A DNA stretch of 64,000 nucleotides from Verrucomicrobiota bacterium (GCA_039815375.1 JBCBZJ010000002.1:128001-192000), one strand, 5' to 3'. Shown: positions 50,535 through 61,329, counted from the stretch's first letter. Program-made: numbers and translations. Notes: generated from the sequence alone by a model not told the origin.

Positions 50535-52451
50535 CTATTCCTTGATCTCGGCTTCGGTCGAGGGGAAGTCCATCAAGCCTTGAAGGCGCTGCATGACTCG
50601 CTCAAGAATAGATTCGGCGTTGAGACCAACTTGCTCACGCAGCACGTTTACCGAGCTGCCGTGCTCTACAAACTCATCCGGCCAGCCAACCCGTTCGACT
50701 GGACACGCGACTGCGCCGGCAGAAAGGGCCTCGAGAATTGCTGTTCCGAAACCTCCGGTTTCGACATGATCCTCTAAGGTAACGATAAGATGGTGCTTTC
50801 TCGCGGCATGGGCCAACGCATCAGTGTCCAAAGGCTTTGCAAATCGTGCGTTTACGACGCCAGCGCTGATCCCATGTTCGCTTAAACGAGCGGCCAGTTT
50901 TTCGGCATCGGCAACCATCGTTCCAATTGCCCAGATATCAACATGCTGTCCGGTCTGGAGGCGTTTCGATTTTCCGATATCTATCTTTTCGGGGAAGTGC
51001 TTCATGGGAGCACCTGCAGCATTGCCTCTTGGGTAACGAATAAAGGCAGGACCCTTATAATCGAGACCCGTTGCCATCATATCAGCCAGTTCGTCTTCAT
51101 TTGAAGGTGCCATGATGACGACTCCTGGAACACAGCGTAGATAAGAGATATCGAAAAGACCGTGATGAGTGGCTCCATCATTTGGCGAGAGTCCAGCTCG
51201 GTCCATACAGAAAAGAACTGGTAGCTTCTGTAGCGCAACGTCATGGATGATCTGGTCGTAGGCGCGCTGAAGGAAGGTCGAGTAGATGGCGCAGACTGGA
51301 TGAAACCCGGAAGTCGCCATACCTGCAGCAAACAGCACTGCATGCTCTTCCGCGATACCTACATCGAAGAATCGCTCAGGGAGTTCTTTCTCCAGAATGT
51401 TTAAGCCGGTTCCTGATGGCATTGCCGCAGTGATACCGACGACGTTCTTATCATCCCTTGCCAGTTTAACCAGCGTCTGACCCATAACATCCTGGTATTT
51501 TGGCGGTGTGCCCGCAGGCAGAGGAGCACCCTTACCAGTCTCAACATCGAATGGACTTGCTCCATGGAAGCGTTCAGGATTTTCAATTGCGACGTCGTAT
51601 CCTTTGCCCTTTGTCGTGAGCACATGCAAAAGCACAGGCTGCTCCGCATTCTTGGCAAATTCAAGGTAGTGTTCTATCTGTTCAAAATCGTGTCCATCAA
51701 TGGGTCCGATATAGCGCACGTTAAACTTCTCGAACAATGAAGAAGAGACAAAGAAGTCTTTTGTTTCTTTTTTCCATTTATTACCGAAGTTGATCAAAGA
51801 GCTTCCGCCTGGAACCTTGTGCAGGAGCTGTTCCAGATCGTCGTTGAGCCGATTATAGACGGGATTTGTAATCAACTCATTGAAATAGCGGGGGAGTGCA
51901 CCGACATTTTTTGCGATCGACCATTTGTTATCGTTGAGGATTATAACAAGGCGTTTGGTGGTGCTCGCAACATTGTTGAGTGCTTCCATCGTGATGCCGC
52001 AGGTAAAGGCGGCATCTCCACAAAGTGCGACGACGTTTTCATCGCTGCCACGTTTGTCACGTGCCGAAGCCATGCCCAGAGCGGCTGAGAGCGCAGTGCC
52101 GGCATGTCCGGCGCCAAAAGCATCGTGGTCACTCTCTGAGCGCGAAAGAAATCCACTCAGACCACCGGTTTGGCGGATTATATCAAATTCCTCACCATTA
52201 CGACCAGTTAAAAGCTTATGGACATAGCCTTGGTGCGCGACATCAAAGACAAATTTGTCCTTGGGCGTATCAAAAACACGATGCAGGCCGATCGTGAGTT
52301 CAACCACACCGAGATTCGGCCCAATGTGTCCGCCGTTCTTCGATGTCGTTGCAATAATGCGCTCGCGGATCTCTTTTGCCAGCTCAGGTAGCTGCCGTGC
52401 ATCCAACCGACTGACATCACTCGGCGAGTTGATCTGTTCCAATAATGACAT
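50535..52451 (-). CDS. dxs: 1-deoxy-D-xylulose-5-phosphate synthase
   Basis: GGHIGPNLGVVELT, DVAHQGYVHK, YIGPIDGH, DVGIAEEHA, YSTFLQRAYDQ, IRYPRG. Confidence 0.98.
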   Translation of the reverse strand: MSLLEQINSPSDVSRLDARQLPELAKEIRERIIATTSKNGGHIGPNLGVVELTIGLHRVFDTPKDKFVFDVAHQGYVHKLLTGRNGEEFDIIRQTGGLSGFLSRSESDHDAFGAGHAGTALSAALGMASARDKRGSDENVVALCGDAAFTCGITMEALNNVASTTKRLVIILNDNKWSIAKNVGALPRYFNELITNPVYNRLNDDLEQLLHKVPGGSSLINFGNKWKKETKDFFVSSSLFEKFNVRYIGPIDGHDFEQIEHYLEFAKNAEQPVLLHVLTTKGKGYDVAIENPERFHGASPFDVETGKGAPLPAGTPPKYQDVMGQTLVKLARDDKNVVGITAAMPSGTGLNILEKELPERFFDVGIAEEHAVLFAAGMATSGFHPVCAIYSTFLQRAYDQIIHDVALQKLPVLFCMDRAGLSPNDGATHHGLFDISYLRCVPGVVIMAPSNEDELADMMATGLDYKGPAFIRYPRGNAAGAPMKHFPEKIDIGKSKRLQTGQHVDIWAIGTMVADAEKLAARLSEHGISAGVVNARFAKPLDTDALAHAARKHHLIVTLEDHVETGGFGTAILEALSAGAVACPVERVGWPDEFVEHGSSVNVLREQVGLNAESILERVMQRLQGLMDFPSTEAEIKE

Positions 52452-52484
52452 TTCCGAGCCGTTTATTGAGTTTGGTTAGGCTTC

Positions 52485-52718
<234 letters not shown>

Positions 52719-52736
52719 ATTGATGTAGTCGGTCAG

Positions 52737-53939
52737 TTACAGTAGAGGCGTCATCCGAACCTGTGTGGGCGACTCAAAGGCATTCTGAATGACATCCAGA
52801 TCAATGTTCTTTGTGATCAAATCCTTAATGATCGGAATCTTGTCATCGTCATCAGGTTGGGTTTTGACCGTCATATTATTAACCAGCGACGCGACCTGGT
52901 AGCTCTCATCACTGCAAATCACAACCGGAATTCGGGTCTTAGCCAGCATTTCCATTAACTTTGGATGCGGCAGGACGTTTCGAGTTAGAATGATACTGGA
53001 AATGATCTTATCGTCCGCAACACTCTCTGCTGCAATTGCCGCAAGGATGATATCTTCGCGGTCGCCGGGGGTAATAATGAGGGTGCCTCGCTGCAGGTAA
53101 TCGACGAGCCCTTTTGCTGCCATAGCCCCAATGATGACCTTGTTTATACGCTCTGTCTTACCGTGTTCGTAGCCGTTGAGCCAACGCCCATCCACAACCT
53201 CGACGATTTGGTTGAGGTTAGGACGGGTTAATTGATGCTCTACCGGAATACAACCGAGTAGAGCGATGCCCATCCGGTTCAATGCTTTACGGCAGTTCTC
53301 TTCGATGAGTTCTCTCTTTTCAGGTAGCACTTTATTGATGATTGCACCAATAACCTCGACACCAGCCGCTTCAAACAGGGCTTTATTCAGGGCAATTTCG
53401 TCGATCGGGCGACCAATACCGCCTTTAGCAACGATGATGACTTTGGCGTCCAGACGCTTTGCAACATCCGCGTTGGAAAGTTCGAAGACAGAGCCGACTC
53501 CGGCGTGTCCGGTGCCTTCAATAATAATGTAATCCTTTTCAAATGCAGCACGGTCGAAGGCCCGGCACATGGTGTCGATCAGCTCGGCGTGTTTGCTGCC
53601 TGGGGATTCGAGGTATTCCCGTGTGAAGTTAGCATGTACGGCGATGGGGCTCATCGCTCGAATCGGCACTTCAACATTAAAAATCCTGTTCAGCAGGACC
53701 GAGTCTTCATCTATCTGATGGCCTTCGATGTCCACAAAGCGCTGCCCGACAGGTTTGATGAAACCGACCCGATCCGTAATGCCCCGCAGGGCTGCGAAAA
53801 GTGCCAGGCTGGTGGTCGTTTTACCGTCATTCATACGGGTTGCAGCGATGAAGATGCGTTTGGTCGTCTCGTTACGGGGTGCCGTCAACATTTCGTTGTC
53901 GTTCGGTTCGGAGAAGAGCTTTTCTTTCGATGCAGCCAT
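52737..53939 (-). CDS. Stand-alone Pta N-terminal module (BioD-like P-loop plus DRTGG)
   Basis: DGKTT, GFIKPVG, IIEGTGH, ITPGDREDII. Confidence 0.85.
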   Translation of the reverse strand: MAASKEKLFSEPNDNEMLTAPRNETTKRIFIAATRMNDGKTTTSLALFAALRGITDRVGFIKPVGQRFVDIEGHQIDEDSVLLNRIFNVEVPIRAMSPIAVHANFTREYLESPGSKHAELIDTMCRAFDRAAFEKDYIIIEGTGHAGVGSVFELSNADVAKRLDAKVIIVAKGGIGRPIDEIALNKALFEAAGVEVIGAIINKVLPEKRELIEENCRKALNRMGIALLGCIPVEHQLTRPNLNQIVEVVDGRWLNGYEHGKTERINKVIIGAMAAKGLVDYLQRGTLIITPGDREDIILAAIAAESVADDKIISSIILTRNVLPHPKLMEMLAKTRIPVVICSDESYQVASLVNNMTVKTQPDDDDKIPIIKDLITKNIDLDVIQNAFESPTQVRMTPLL

Positions 53940-53962
53940 TATTTGGAATATATCGTTAAAGA

Positions 53963-55033
53963 TTAATCAATCTTAGTGACATCTTCGTTCAGGTCATCCT
54001 GATCAGTCGGATAGAGTAGTCGGTGATTTATTGCCTGCGAGGCAACCATCACGGCAGTGCCAAATATATCGCTTGCGGTTGCACCACGGCTGATCTCAGC
54101 AGCTGGCTTGGTCAGACCTGTCAAGATGGGACCATAGTTGCGCACACGTGTCAGCACATCGACTAGTTTCGATGCGATGTTGGCAGCATGCAGATCCGGA
54201 AAAATCAGGACATTGGCCTTTCCTGAGACCGGCCCCTCGATCTTCTTAATCTGGGCGATTGAACTGTCGAGGGCGGCATCGACCTGCAGCTCGCCATCAA
54301 TCTCCATCGGAATGCCTAGGTCGATTGCTTTCTTGCGAGCCAGCTCGGTGGCGGCTTTCATTTTCGAGACGGTCGAATTCTTACTCGTCACGCTTTTGCT
54401 GGTATAGCTTAGCAGTGCGACACGGGGAATAGTGTTGGTCAAATGGTAGCTGATTCCTGCCGTAGTGACTGCGATGTCTCGCAATTGCTCGCTGGTTGGC
54501 TCAGGGACCACTGCGCAGTCAGCAAGGAAAAGTTCACGGTCTTTTCCGGTATCCGGATCTTCGAGATCGAAGATATTCAACGAAGACACCGTCGAGACAT
54601 CATCCTGCCGAGGAATAATCTGGAGTAGTGGCCGTAAAGCGCTGGAAGCGGTACTCGTCGCGCCAGAGACAATGGCATCGGCCTGAGCAGTGGCCAGCAT
54701 GAGCGTTGCGAAGTAGTTGGAGTTTTCAAGATACGCTTCAATTTCCCTGTCCTTGAGATTCTTGAAGCGGCGTAGGCCCTGGAACTTGGTCAGAAAACTC
54801 TCCCATTCATCACTTCGGCGAGGCTCAACAATCCGAATGCGCTCAAGGCTGATGTCGAGTCGTTCCGCATTGGACTTAATTTTTGCCCGATCACCGACAA
54901 GAATGGGGACGCCGAGCTCACGTGTGGCGAATTTACGAGCGGCCTGCAAGATGCGCGGGTCTCCGCCCTCTGGGAAGACGACACGCTTTGGATGGCGCTT
55001 TAGACGCTCTGCTAGTTTAGCAATCAGTGGCAT
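53963..55033 (-). CDS. pta: Phosphate acetyl/acyltransferase catalytic subunit
   Basis: KRVVFPEG.DPRIL.AA, ADCAV.P.P, DGELQVDAA, ANVLIFPDL, GPIL.G..KP..EISRG. Confidence 0.88.
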   Translation of the reverse strand: MPLIAKLAERLKRHPKRVVFPEGGDPRILQAARKFATRELGVPILVGDRAKIKSNAERLDISLERIRIVEPRRSDEWESFLTKFQGLRRFKNLKDREIEAYLENSNYFATLMLATAQADAIVSGATSTASSALRPLLQIIPRQDDVSTVSSLNIFDLEDPDTGKDRELFLADCAVVPEPTSEQLRDIAVTTAGISYHLTNTIPRVALLSYTSKSVTSKNSTVSKMKAATELARKKAIDLGIPMEIDGELQVDAALDSSIAQIKKIEGPVSGKANVLIFPDLHAANIASKLVDVLTRVRNYGPILTGLTKPAAEISRGATASDIFGTAVMVASQAINHRLLYPTDQDDLNEDVTKID

Positions 55034-55176
55034 GGTTGAAGTGGTTTGGGGTAATAAGTGTGGTTAATAAATCTACGATAAGGGTATTCATTACGAAGAC
55101 CCGAGATTAAGAGCAGAAAATATACAATTGCCAAAGTTTTTTCCGAGGTAGTTTTTAGGTCTCTCCACCTCGATTT

Positions 55177-56730
55177 ATGCTAAAAAACTACCGCAATATC
55201 GCTGTTGTCAGTCTTTCGACCGTAGGTTCACGTCTACTCGGGCTTGTTCGGGACATCATGATATTTGCTGCCTTAGGAGCCAGCCTCTGGAATTCGGCTT
55301 TCATTCTAGCGTTTACACTGCCGAATTTGTTCAGACGTTTGCTTGGCGAAGGCGCCCTGACTTCGGCGGTTGTCCCGGTTTTTTCAGATGTCGTGGAGCG
55401 TCGGGGGCCTGCCGCAGCATTTGAGTTCTTCAATCAGATTTTGCTTCGAGTCGCCGTACTTCTCTTTGGCACGGTAGTCGCGAGTTTTGCTCTACTAGCC
55501 TGCCTCAACATCTTTGGATTTTTGCCTGGGCGATGGAGCCTCGGGGCAGACCTTTCGGTTTGGTTGTTGCCCTATACGATCTTCATTTGCCTTGCTGCGA
55601 TCATTTCTGCCGGGCTCAATGTGTTGGGTCGTTTTGCAGTTCCGGCCTGCACCCCCGCATTGCTCAATCTGGCGATGATCGCGGCTCTGGCTGCTGGATG
55701 GTTTTTGGAGGCTTCGCAAGCGCGTATTGTTTATCTGTTGTGCGGAGGTGTGCTAGTTGGCGGGGTCTTGCAGCTCGCGCTACCAGCTTGGGATTTGTTT
55801 CGGCAGGGTTGGCGTCCGAAGCTTTCTATCGAGGCCTCTGATGATCTTGAATCGGTCTGGGATCTTTTTCTTCCCGGTCTCATGGGCGCAGCCATCCTGC
55901 AAATCAATATCTTAGTTTCACGTTTGTTAGCCTACGGTTTGGAAGAGTCAGCTGTCTCGGTGTTATACTTGGCAAGTCGTCTGATGGAGCTGCCTCTGGG
56001 AGTATTCACCATAGCTATCGTCACAGTCTTCTTTCCGCTTCTTGCCAAAGCTGTATCCAATAAAGACAAGGCTGATTTTGCCGCTTCATTTTCGAGAGGT
56101 ATGCGTATGGTGCTCGCCCTGTCGCTGCCTGCTGGTGTGGGCCTTGCGGTGCTTGGTGGACCTATTCTTGGACTACTTTTTCAGTGGGGTGCTTTTGAGG
56201 CCGCCGATGTTGACGCAACCATAACCCTGCTTGCCATATATGGTTTTGGTCTGCCTTTTTATTCTGCAGCCACCTTCGCGACCCGTGGTTTGCACGCCCG
56301 TAAGGATATGTTCACACCGATGCGGGTTGCAGCAGTCTGTCTTATCACAAATGTACTGTTCGGAATCACCTTAATGCAATTTATGGGTGCTACCGGTCTG
56401 GCATTAGCGAATGTATTGGCTGCAATTGTTCAGTCTGCCATGCTCTGGAATGCTCTGGCCAGTTCCGTTCCATCGATACGGCTGAAGTCTCTGGGCCAAT
56501 CTATTCTGAAGATTTTGATAGCTGCCTTGGGAATGGGGATTTTCTGTTGGTTCGGGATATGGCTGATTCCTGAGTTTGTGCCTCTGTCGGGCAAGGCTCT
56601 GGATTTATCGTTAGTGCTCCTCGGTGTGCCTCTTGGTGCCGGTCTCTATTTCGGTCTTCTTGGGCTAATGCGTTTTGAGGAGCTTGGTGAATTGAAGTCA
56701 GTCTTTAAGCGAAAATCATCTGAACTTTAG
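55177..56730 (+). CDS. murJ: Lipid II flippase MurJ
   Basis: SRLLGLVRD, AFTLPNLFRRLLGEGALTSAVVPV, LYLASRLMELPLGVF. Confidence 0.95.
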   Translation: MLKNYRNIAVVSLSTVGSRLLGLVRDIMIFAALGASLWNSAFILAFTLPNLFRRLLGEGALTSAVVPVFSDVVERRGPAAAFEFFNQILLRVAVLLFGTVVASFALLACLNIFGFLPGRWSLGADLSVWLLPYTIFICLAAIISAGLNVLGRFAVPACTPALLNLAMIAALAAGWFLEASQARIVYLLCGGVLVGGVLQLALPAWDLFRQGWRPKLSIEASDDLESVWDLFLPGLMGAAILQINILVSRLLAYGLEESAVSVLYLASRLMELPLGVFTIAIVTVFFPLLAKAVSNKDKADFAASFSRGMRMVLALSLPAGVGLAVLGGPILGLLFQWGAFEAADVDATITLLAIYGFGLPFYSAATFATRGLHARKDMFTPMRVAAVCLITNVLFGITLMQFMGATGLALANVLAAIVQSAMLWNALASSVPSIRLKSLGQSILKILIAALGMGIFCWFGIWLIPEFVPLSGKALDLSLVLLGVPLGAGLYFGLLGLMRFEELGELKSVFKRKSSEL

Positions 56731-56995
56731 TCACGGTTTAAGCTGAATAGCCAAGAGTCTATTAGATTATTTGCAGGCTATGTTCTTCAGAAATGTTTTT
56801 GTATTATACATTTCTGACATCTTTCGCTGAGTCATTCCTATTGCTTCCAGCTTTCGGTCCCGAGCTTTATGATGATCTCCATCGTCCAGCCGGGTCGACA
56901 TGAAGTCGTTGAGTGTCGTATCAAATTGCCGATTGCTAGCGATGAAAGAGTATTAAAACGAACCCTCGCGATTGTCTGTTCAAAGCCTTAAGCGA

Positions 56996-57580
56996 CTAAT
57001 TGCTGTGCTTCATGGCTTCCATGAAATGCTTCCGGCACATTGCGACGTAACGTTCATTGCCGCCTATATCGACCTGTTCACCCTTGTTGATCGGATTTCC
57101 TTCGGCATCGGTCCGGAGATTCATGGTCGCTTTGCGCCCGCAATGGCAAATGGTCTTTAACTCGATCAAGTTGTCGGCCCAGCCGAGCAGAGCAGCGCTT
57201 CCCTCAAACAGTTTGCCTTGAAAGTCAGTCCGGATGCCATAGCAGAGCACGGGCACACTCAGGGAATCGGCCACCAGACAAAGCTGCTGAACTTGCTTGG
57301 TAGTAAGGAACTGGGCCTCATCGACTAGAACACAGCTGAGTTCCTGCGCGGCATGGAGCCCCTCAATAAGCTGTAACAGATCTGTTTTTGAAGCAAAGAC
57401 GTGAGCATCCGCCGATAGCCCAATACGCGAAGCAATTTTACCGTAACCATCGCGTTGGTCGATTTCCGGAGTCAGAAGTAACGTATGCATGCCGCGCTCA
57501 CGGTAATTGTGGCTCGACTGAAGTAAGCCCGTGCTTTTTCCCGCGTTCATTGCGGAGTAGTAGAAATAGACTTTTGCCAT
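56996..57580 (-). CDS. tdk: Thymidine kinase
   Basis: [43 protein letters not shown]. Confidence 0.97.
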   Translation of the reverse strand: MAKVYFYYSAMNAGKSTGLLQSSHNYRERGMHTLLLTPEIDQRDGYGKIASRIGLSADAHVFASKTDLLQLIEGLHAAQELSCVLVDEAQFLTTKQVQQLCLVADSLSVPVLCYGIRTDFQGKLFEGSAALLGWADNLIELKTICHCGRKATMNLRTDAEGNPINKGEQVDIGGNERYVAMCRKHFMEAMKHSN

Positions 57581-57677
57581 TTAACGATGTTGAGGCTGGG
57601 GAGGTTTGCCAGCACGGCAATCACGGATTCTATTTCGTGTGGTTGACATATGGGCTTTATCCAGAGTTTGTCCAGAT

Positions 57678-58034
57678 ATGGCACGTAATATTCTAGGAAG
57701 TAATTTGATCGCCTGTAGCAAGGATCCACTCACCGGTTTTTTTAGAACCGGTACCTGCGATACATGTGCCGAGGATGGTGGCCAGCACACGGTTTGTGCC
57801 CAGATGACGGATGCCTTCCTCGAATTCAGTAAAGCGCGGGGTAACGATCTCGTCACGCCGATACCAGAATACAGTTTTCCGGGTCTCAAAGCCGGCGACT
57901 TCTGGTGCCTGTGCCGGAGCCGCTGGGAGGAAGCTCACGCCGCGGGCGTGGCTCCTAGAATACGCCTTGAAGCCACGCATGCTTCAGTTCTCGAGTATAT
58001 TGATCTGGATATCTTAAGAAGCTACGCGGTTTAG
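57678..58034 (+). CDS. DUF2237 family protein
   Basis: NILG..L..CS.DPLTGFFR.G.C, H.VCA, GNDL.TP, GLK.GD.WCLC..RW. Confidence 0.88.
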   Translation: MARNILGSNLIACSKDPLTGFFRTGTCDTCAEDGGQHTVCAQMTDAFLEFSKARGNDLVTPIPEYSFPGLKAGDFWCLCRSRWEEAHAAGVAPRIRLEATHASVLEYIDLDILRSYAV

Positions 58035-58090
58035 GTTCTTTTTTGCCGTTCCACTTGATCATTCCGCGGAATCGTTTCCATTGATTAACT

Positions 58091-58549
58091 ATGGCAAGTG
58101 CATCCCAGAAACTCGTCGAAAAACTTCGCGAAGCAGCAGTCAACCTCGAGAGTGGGGCGGATTATAATTGGGGCAACGCAACCAAATGCAACTGCGCGCA
58201 CCTCGTTCAGTGCCTTGCTCCTGATGGATCAAAAGATTCGCTGAAGGCGATCCGAAATACGATGCTGGATGAATGGTCTGAATATGCGAATGACTACTGT
58301 CCGCAAAGTGGTGCACCCACAGATCAACTTCTCGGCACACTTTACGACTACGGAATGACTCATGAAGACATCCATCAATTGGAGTATCTCTCAAATCGAG
58401 ACGTTTTATCTGCGTTGCCTGGAGGATTTCGCTACCTTCAACATGGAAACCGGCGCGATGTCGCGCTCTACATGCGCACCTGGGCAGCTCTTCTCGAGCA
58501 GAAGCTCTTGCTTCGACGTCCGTCAAAGCTCGATCTTTCCACTGTTTAA
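58091..58549 (+). CDS. Hypothetical protein with CNC..H and DYCP motifs
   Basis: 152-aa ORF, YNWG...CNCAHLVQ, EW.EY..DYCP.SG. Confidence 0.7.
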   Translation: MASASQKLVEKLREAAVNLESGADYNWGNATKCNCAHLVQCLAPDGSKDSLKAIRNTMLDEWSEYANDYCPQSGAPTDQLLGTLYDYGMTHEDIHQLEYLSNRDVLSALPGGFRYLQHGNRRDVALYMRTWAALLEQKLLLRRPSKLDLSTV

Positions 58550-58769
58550 TCCGAGCGATGCAAAAGGGCTTTTCGACCCTTACATTGGTTAGGATCAGTA
58601 TTTTTGTATCAGGCTCGTTTCTAAAACATCGCATCAAAGATGTGCCCATCAAAGTAGTGTTCGCAAATTCCTTAAGCGACTAAAGCACCATGCTGGCAGT
58701 TGCATGTATCTACAAGCTCCCTCGAACTTTAGTTGCCACGCCCTATAGTCCGGTTTTAACCAGCCAGAT

Positions 58770-59219
58770 TTAGAGCTTTTCGGCAGCTTCAAGCCGAACT
58801 CCGACCATGTTGTAGTCGGCATGTGTCCCCACCTCGAAATCTGCATCAAGTGGCGGATTTAGCATTCTTCCCTCAATCACTACAGGAAGTCTACGGGATT
58901 TGTAGCCCTCGGCGCTGAGCTCGGCAGTGTAGAGACCTGAAGGCAGTAGCTCGGGTCCGATAGGGACAAGATTACGGCCTGTTTTTAGATTTCCAAACTC
59001 GTAAATGGTTTCCCTGGAATCATCGATGAAACGAATGGTCGCTCCAGGGCCGCCTTTCGGGTATCGAGTAAAGGCCATACTCATTTCATCACTGTAACGA
59101 ATGCCGACGTGCAGGACGCCTGGATTTTTTTCGGTGGTTTCAGGACCAATGACAATAAAGAGTCCGCCAACTATTCCAGTCAGAGAGATAAGAATAAAGA
59201 CGATGTATTTGCCTTTCAA
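58770..59219 (-). CDS. Hypothetical protein with N-terminal TM helix
   Basis: TTG-start 149-aa ORF with hydrophobic N-terminus and beta-rich remainder. Confidence 0.6.
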   Translation of the reverse strand: MKGKYIVFILISLTGIVGGLFIVIGPETTEKNPGVLHVGIRYSDEMSMAFTRYPKGGPGATIRFIDDSRETIYEFGNLKTGRNLVPIGPELLPSGLYTAELSAEGYKSRRLPVVIEGRMLNPPLDADFEVGTHADYNMVGVRLEAAEKL

Positions 59220-59328
59220 TAGATTAGGATTGTTAGTTGTTTAGACAGGATCGTTTTCGAAATCGTTGTCGTAATCGAAAACAAAGGTTTAGGTTACGAA
59301 ACCGATTTCAATGAGGATTTCGATAGCG

Positions 59329-61329
59329 ATGAGCGATTTATTAGAAAAAACGCATCCTGATAATTCTTCCAAAAAGATTGTTTGCAGGATAGAAGATACC
59401 GACTGCGATGACTTGGACTTGAAGCTTTCAAGGCTTTGGCTACGCATTGCGATTGCTGGAGTCTTTGCCGGCCAGGGTATGGTGTTTTCGCTGGCCTTGA
59501 ACATGACACCGCCACCGTTTGGCAGTATGCCCTATTGGATTTTACACGGTGGGCTGATTTTTTCTTCTCTCGTAGTGATGGCGTTTCTCGGCGGGCCGCT
59601 CTTCGCTTCGACCTGGGGAATGCTGCGCTCGCGACGTCTGTCCATCGAGGGATTGTTCACGCTAAGTCTGGTTGGTGCCTTTGTCGGCTCGCTTGCGGGA
59701 TCATTAACGGGTGAGGGTGATGTCTTTTATGAAATCGTCTCCATTGTGATCGCAATTTACACTTTTGGGCGAATGCTGGGTGAACGTTCGCAGGCCAGAT
59801 TAATGGCTGAGAGTGAGGAACTTAGGGAGCGTTTTGATCAGGTTCAACGCGTGGATGGCGATACTGGTCCGAAGATCGTTCCCTTATCCGAAGTCGACGT
59901 GGGTGATTTGGTTCGTGTCGATCCAGGTGGTCCAATTGCAGTGGACGGTATTGTGCGCGAAGGCGTGGGCTATGTAAAGGAGACTGCCTTGACGGGTGAG
60001 CCGCTTCCGGTTGTTCGGAGTGTGGGTGATCGGGTTAGGGCTGGCACCTTTTCTGAGGACGGTAGCTTTCTTGTTGAAGTGGAGGCAGGCGCTGGAGCGA
60101 GAGAGTTGGACCAAATTCTCAATATTGTTCAATCGACCGACGGCGAACCGTCCGAGCTTCAACTCCAGGCGAATCGCCTGATACAGTATTTTCTGCCTCT
60201 TGTCGCTGCAGTTGCCATCCTGTCCGCATTATTATGGGCAGCTTTCGGCACCTGGATGGAGGCAGTTTTCAATAGTATGGCTGTTCTCCTTGTGGCCTGT
60301 CCCTGCGCCCTGGGTCTAGCTACGCCGGTTGCTATCTGGCAAGGGCTCTACCGAATGGCACAGAAGGGCCTGATCAGCCGGGATGGGGCCTTCGTTGATG
60401 CGATGGCAGATGTGCAAACCGTGTATTTTGATAAAACCGGCACACTGAGCGAGAGAGAGATGCGAGTTGTTGAAACTCTTGTCAGTGACCTTTGGCAGGA
60501 GCGGAGGACCGGGCTCATGCGCGCAGTGAGCAGCCTCGAATCCCGTTCAAGTCACCCCATTGCGCAGACCCTGATAAAGGAGCTCGGTGTCGATGAATCT
60601 GATTTCCCGATTGTTCGGGATTGGCGTTTGATTCCCGCTAAGGGTGTTGCAGGCAAGATCGAGCTCGAAGGCAGTGAGGTTGAGTTGAGGGTTGGTGAGA
60701 TTGTTGATCCGGAGTCTTGCAGTCGTGCGGTAGAACTGGAAACCCGACTTCGTTTTCGAGAGGGTAAGCGTGTCTATGTTTCGATAGATACTGAACTCGC
60801 GGCTATATTTGTTCTTCAAGAGCGACCTCGCGCCGGCCTTGAGATCGCATTAGAAGAATTGAAGGCTCTGGGGGTTCAAGCGCAGGTGTTGACCGGAGAT
60901 CCAAATCCCAATTTGCAGCTACCAGCGCATGTTCATCTTCAGGCTGGACTGTCTGCAGCGGACAAAGCGAAGATTATTGAATTAGCTGCGGAGCGTGGAG
61001 AGAATCCCTGTTTTGTTGGAGATGGGATTAATGATGTCATCGCCATGTCCGCTGCAAATACCTCGATATCAATGGAAAGCGGAACTGGGCTCGCCAACTC
61101 TGCAGGTGTTGCGCAGCTCCGTTACGACCGGGTGCAGGCGATTCCAGAGGCCATTGCACTGGCGCGCCGTATTCGGGCGCGGTTGCGCGGAAACCTCTTT
61201 TACGCGGCCAGCTATAATTTTATTGGCATGTCGCTGGCGGCGTTCGGTCTCCTCCATCCTGTGGCAGCAGCTTCCATTATGCTAATTTCCAGCTTCTTTG
61301 TTACATTTCGGGCTCTTCGGCTCAACTGA
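59329..61329 (+). CDS. Heavy-metal (probably Cu) P1B-type ATPase, FixI/CcoI-like
   Basis: LTGEP, ACPCALGLATP, FDKTGTL, SHP, VGDGIND, YN and M..SS in the last TM helices. Confidence 0.9.
   Translation: MSDLLEKTHPDNSSKKIVCRIEDTDCDDLDLKLSRLWLRIAIAGVFAGQGMVFSLALNMTPPPFGSMPYWILHGGLIFSSLVVMAFLGGPLFASTWGMLRSRRLSIEGLFTLSLVGAFVGSLAGSLTGEGDVFYEIVSIVIAIYTFGRMLGERSQARLMAESEELRERFDQVQRVDGDTGPKIVPLSEVDVGDLVRVDPGGPIAVDGIVREGVGYVKETALTGEPLPVVRSVGDRVRAGTFSEDGSFLVEVEAGAGARELDQILNIVQSTDGEPSELQLQANRLIQYFLPLVAAVAILSALLWAAFGTWMEAVFNSMAVLLVACPCALGLATPVAIWQGLYRMAQKGLISRDGAFVDAMADVQTVYFDKTGTLSEREMRVVETLVSDLWQERRTGLMRAVSSLESRSSHPIAQTLIKELGVDESDFPIVRDWRLIPAKGVAGKIELEGSEVELRVGEIVDPESCSRAVELETRLRFREGKRVYVSIDTELAAIFVLQERPRAGLEIALEELKALGVQAQVLTGDPNPNLQLPAHVHLQAGLSAADKAKIIELAAERGENPCFVGDGINDVIAMSAANTSISMESGTGLANSAGVAQLRYDRVQAIPEAIALARRIRARLRGNLFYAASYNFIGMSLAAFGLLHPVAAASIMLISSFFVTFRALRLN

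Noticed and set aside
56731..56995. murJ-tdk gap with inverted repeat TCAGAAATGT...ACATTTCTGA and a possible 44-codon minus-strand ORF
   Set aside because: The repeat is adequately explained as a hairpin between convergent genes and the ORF has no supporting features.
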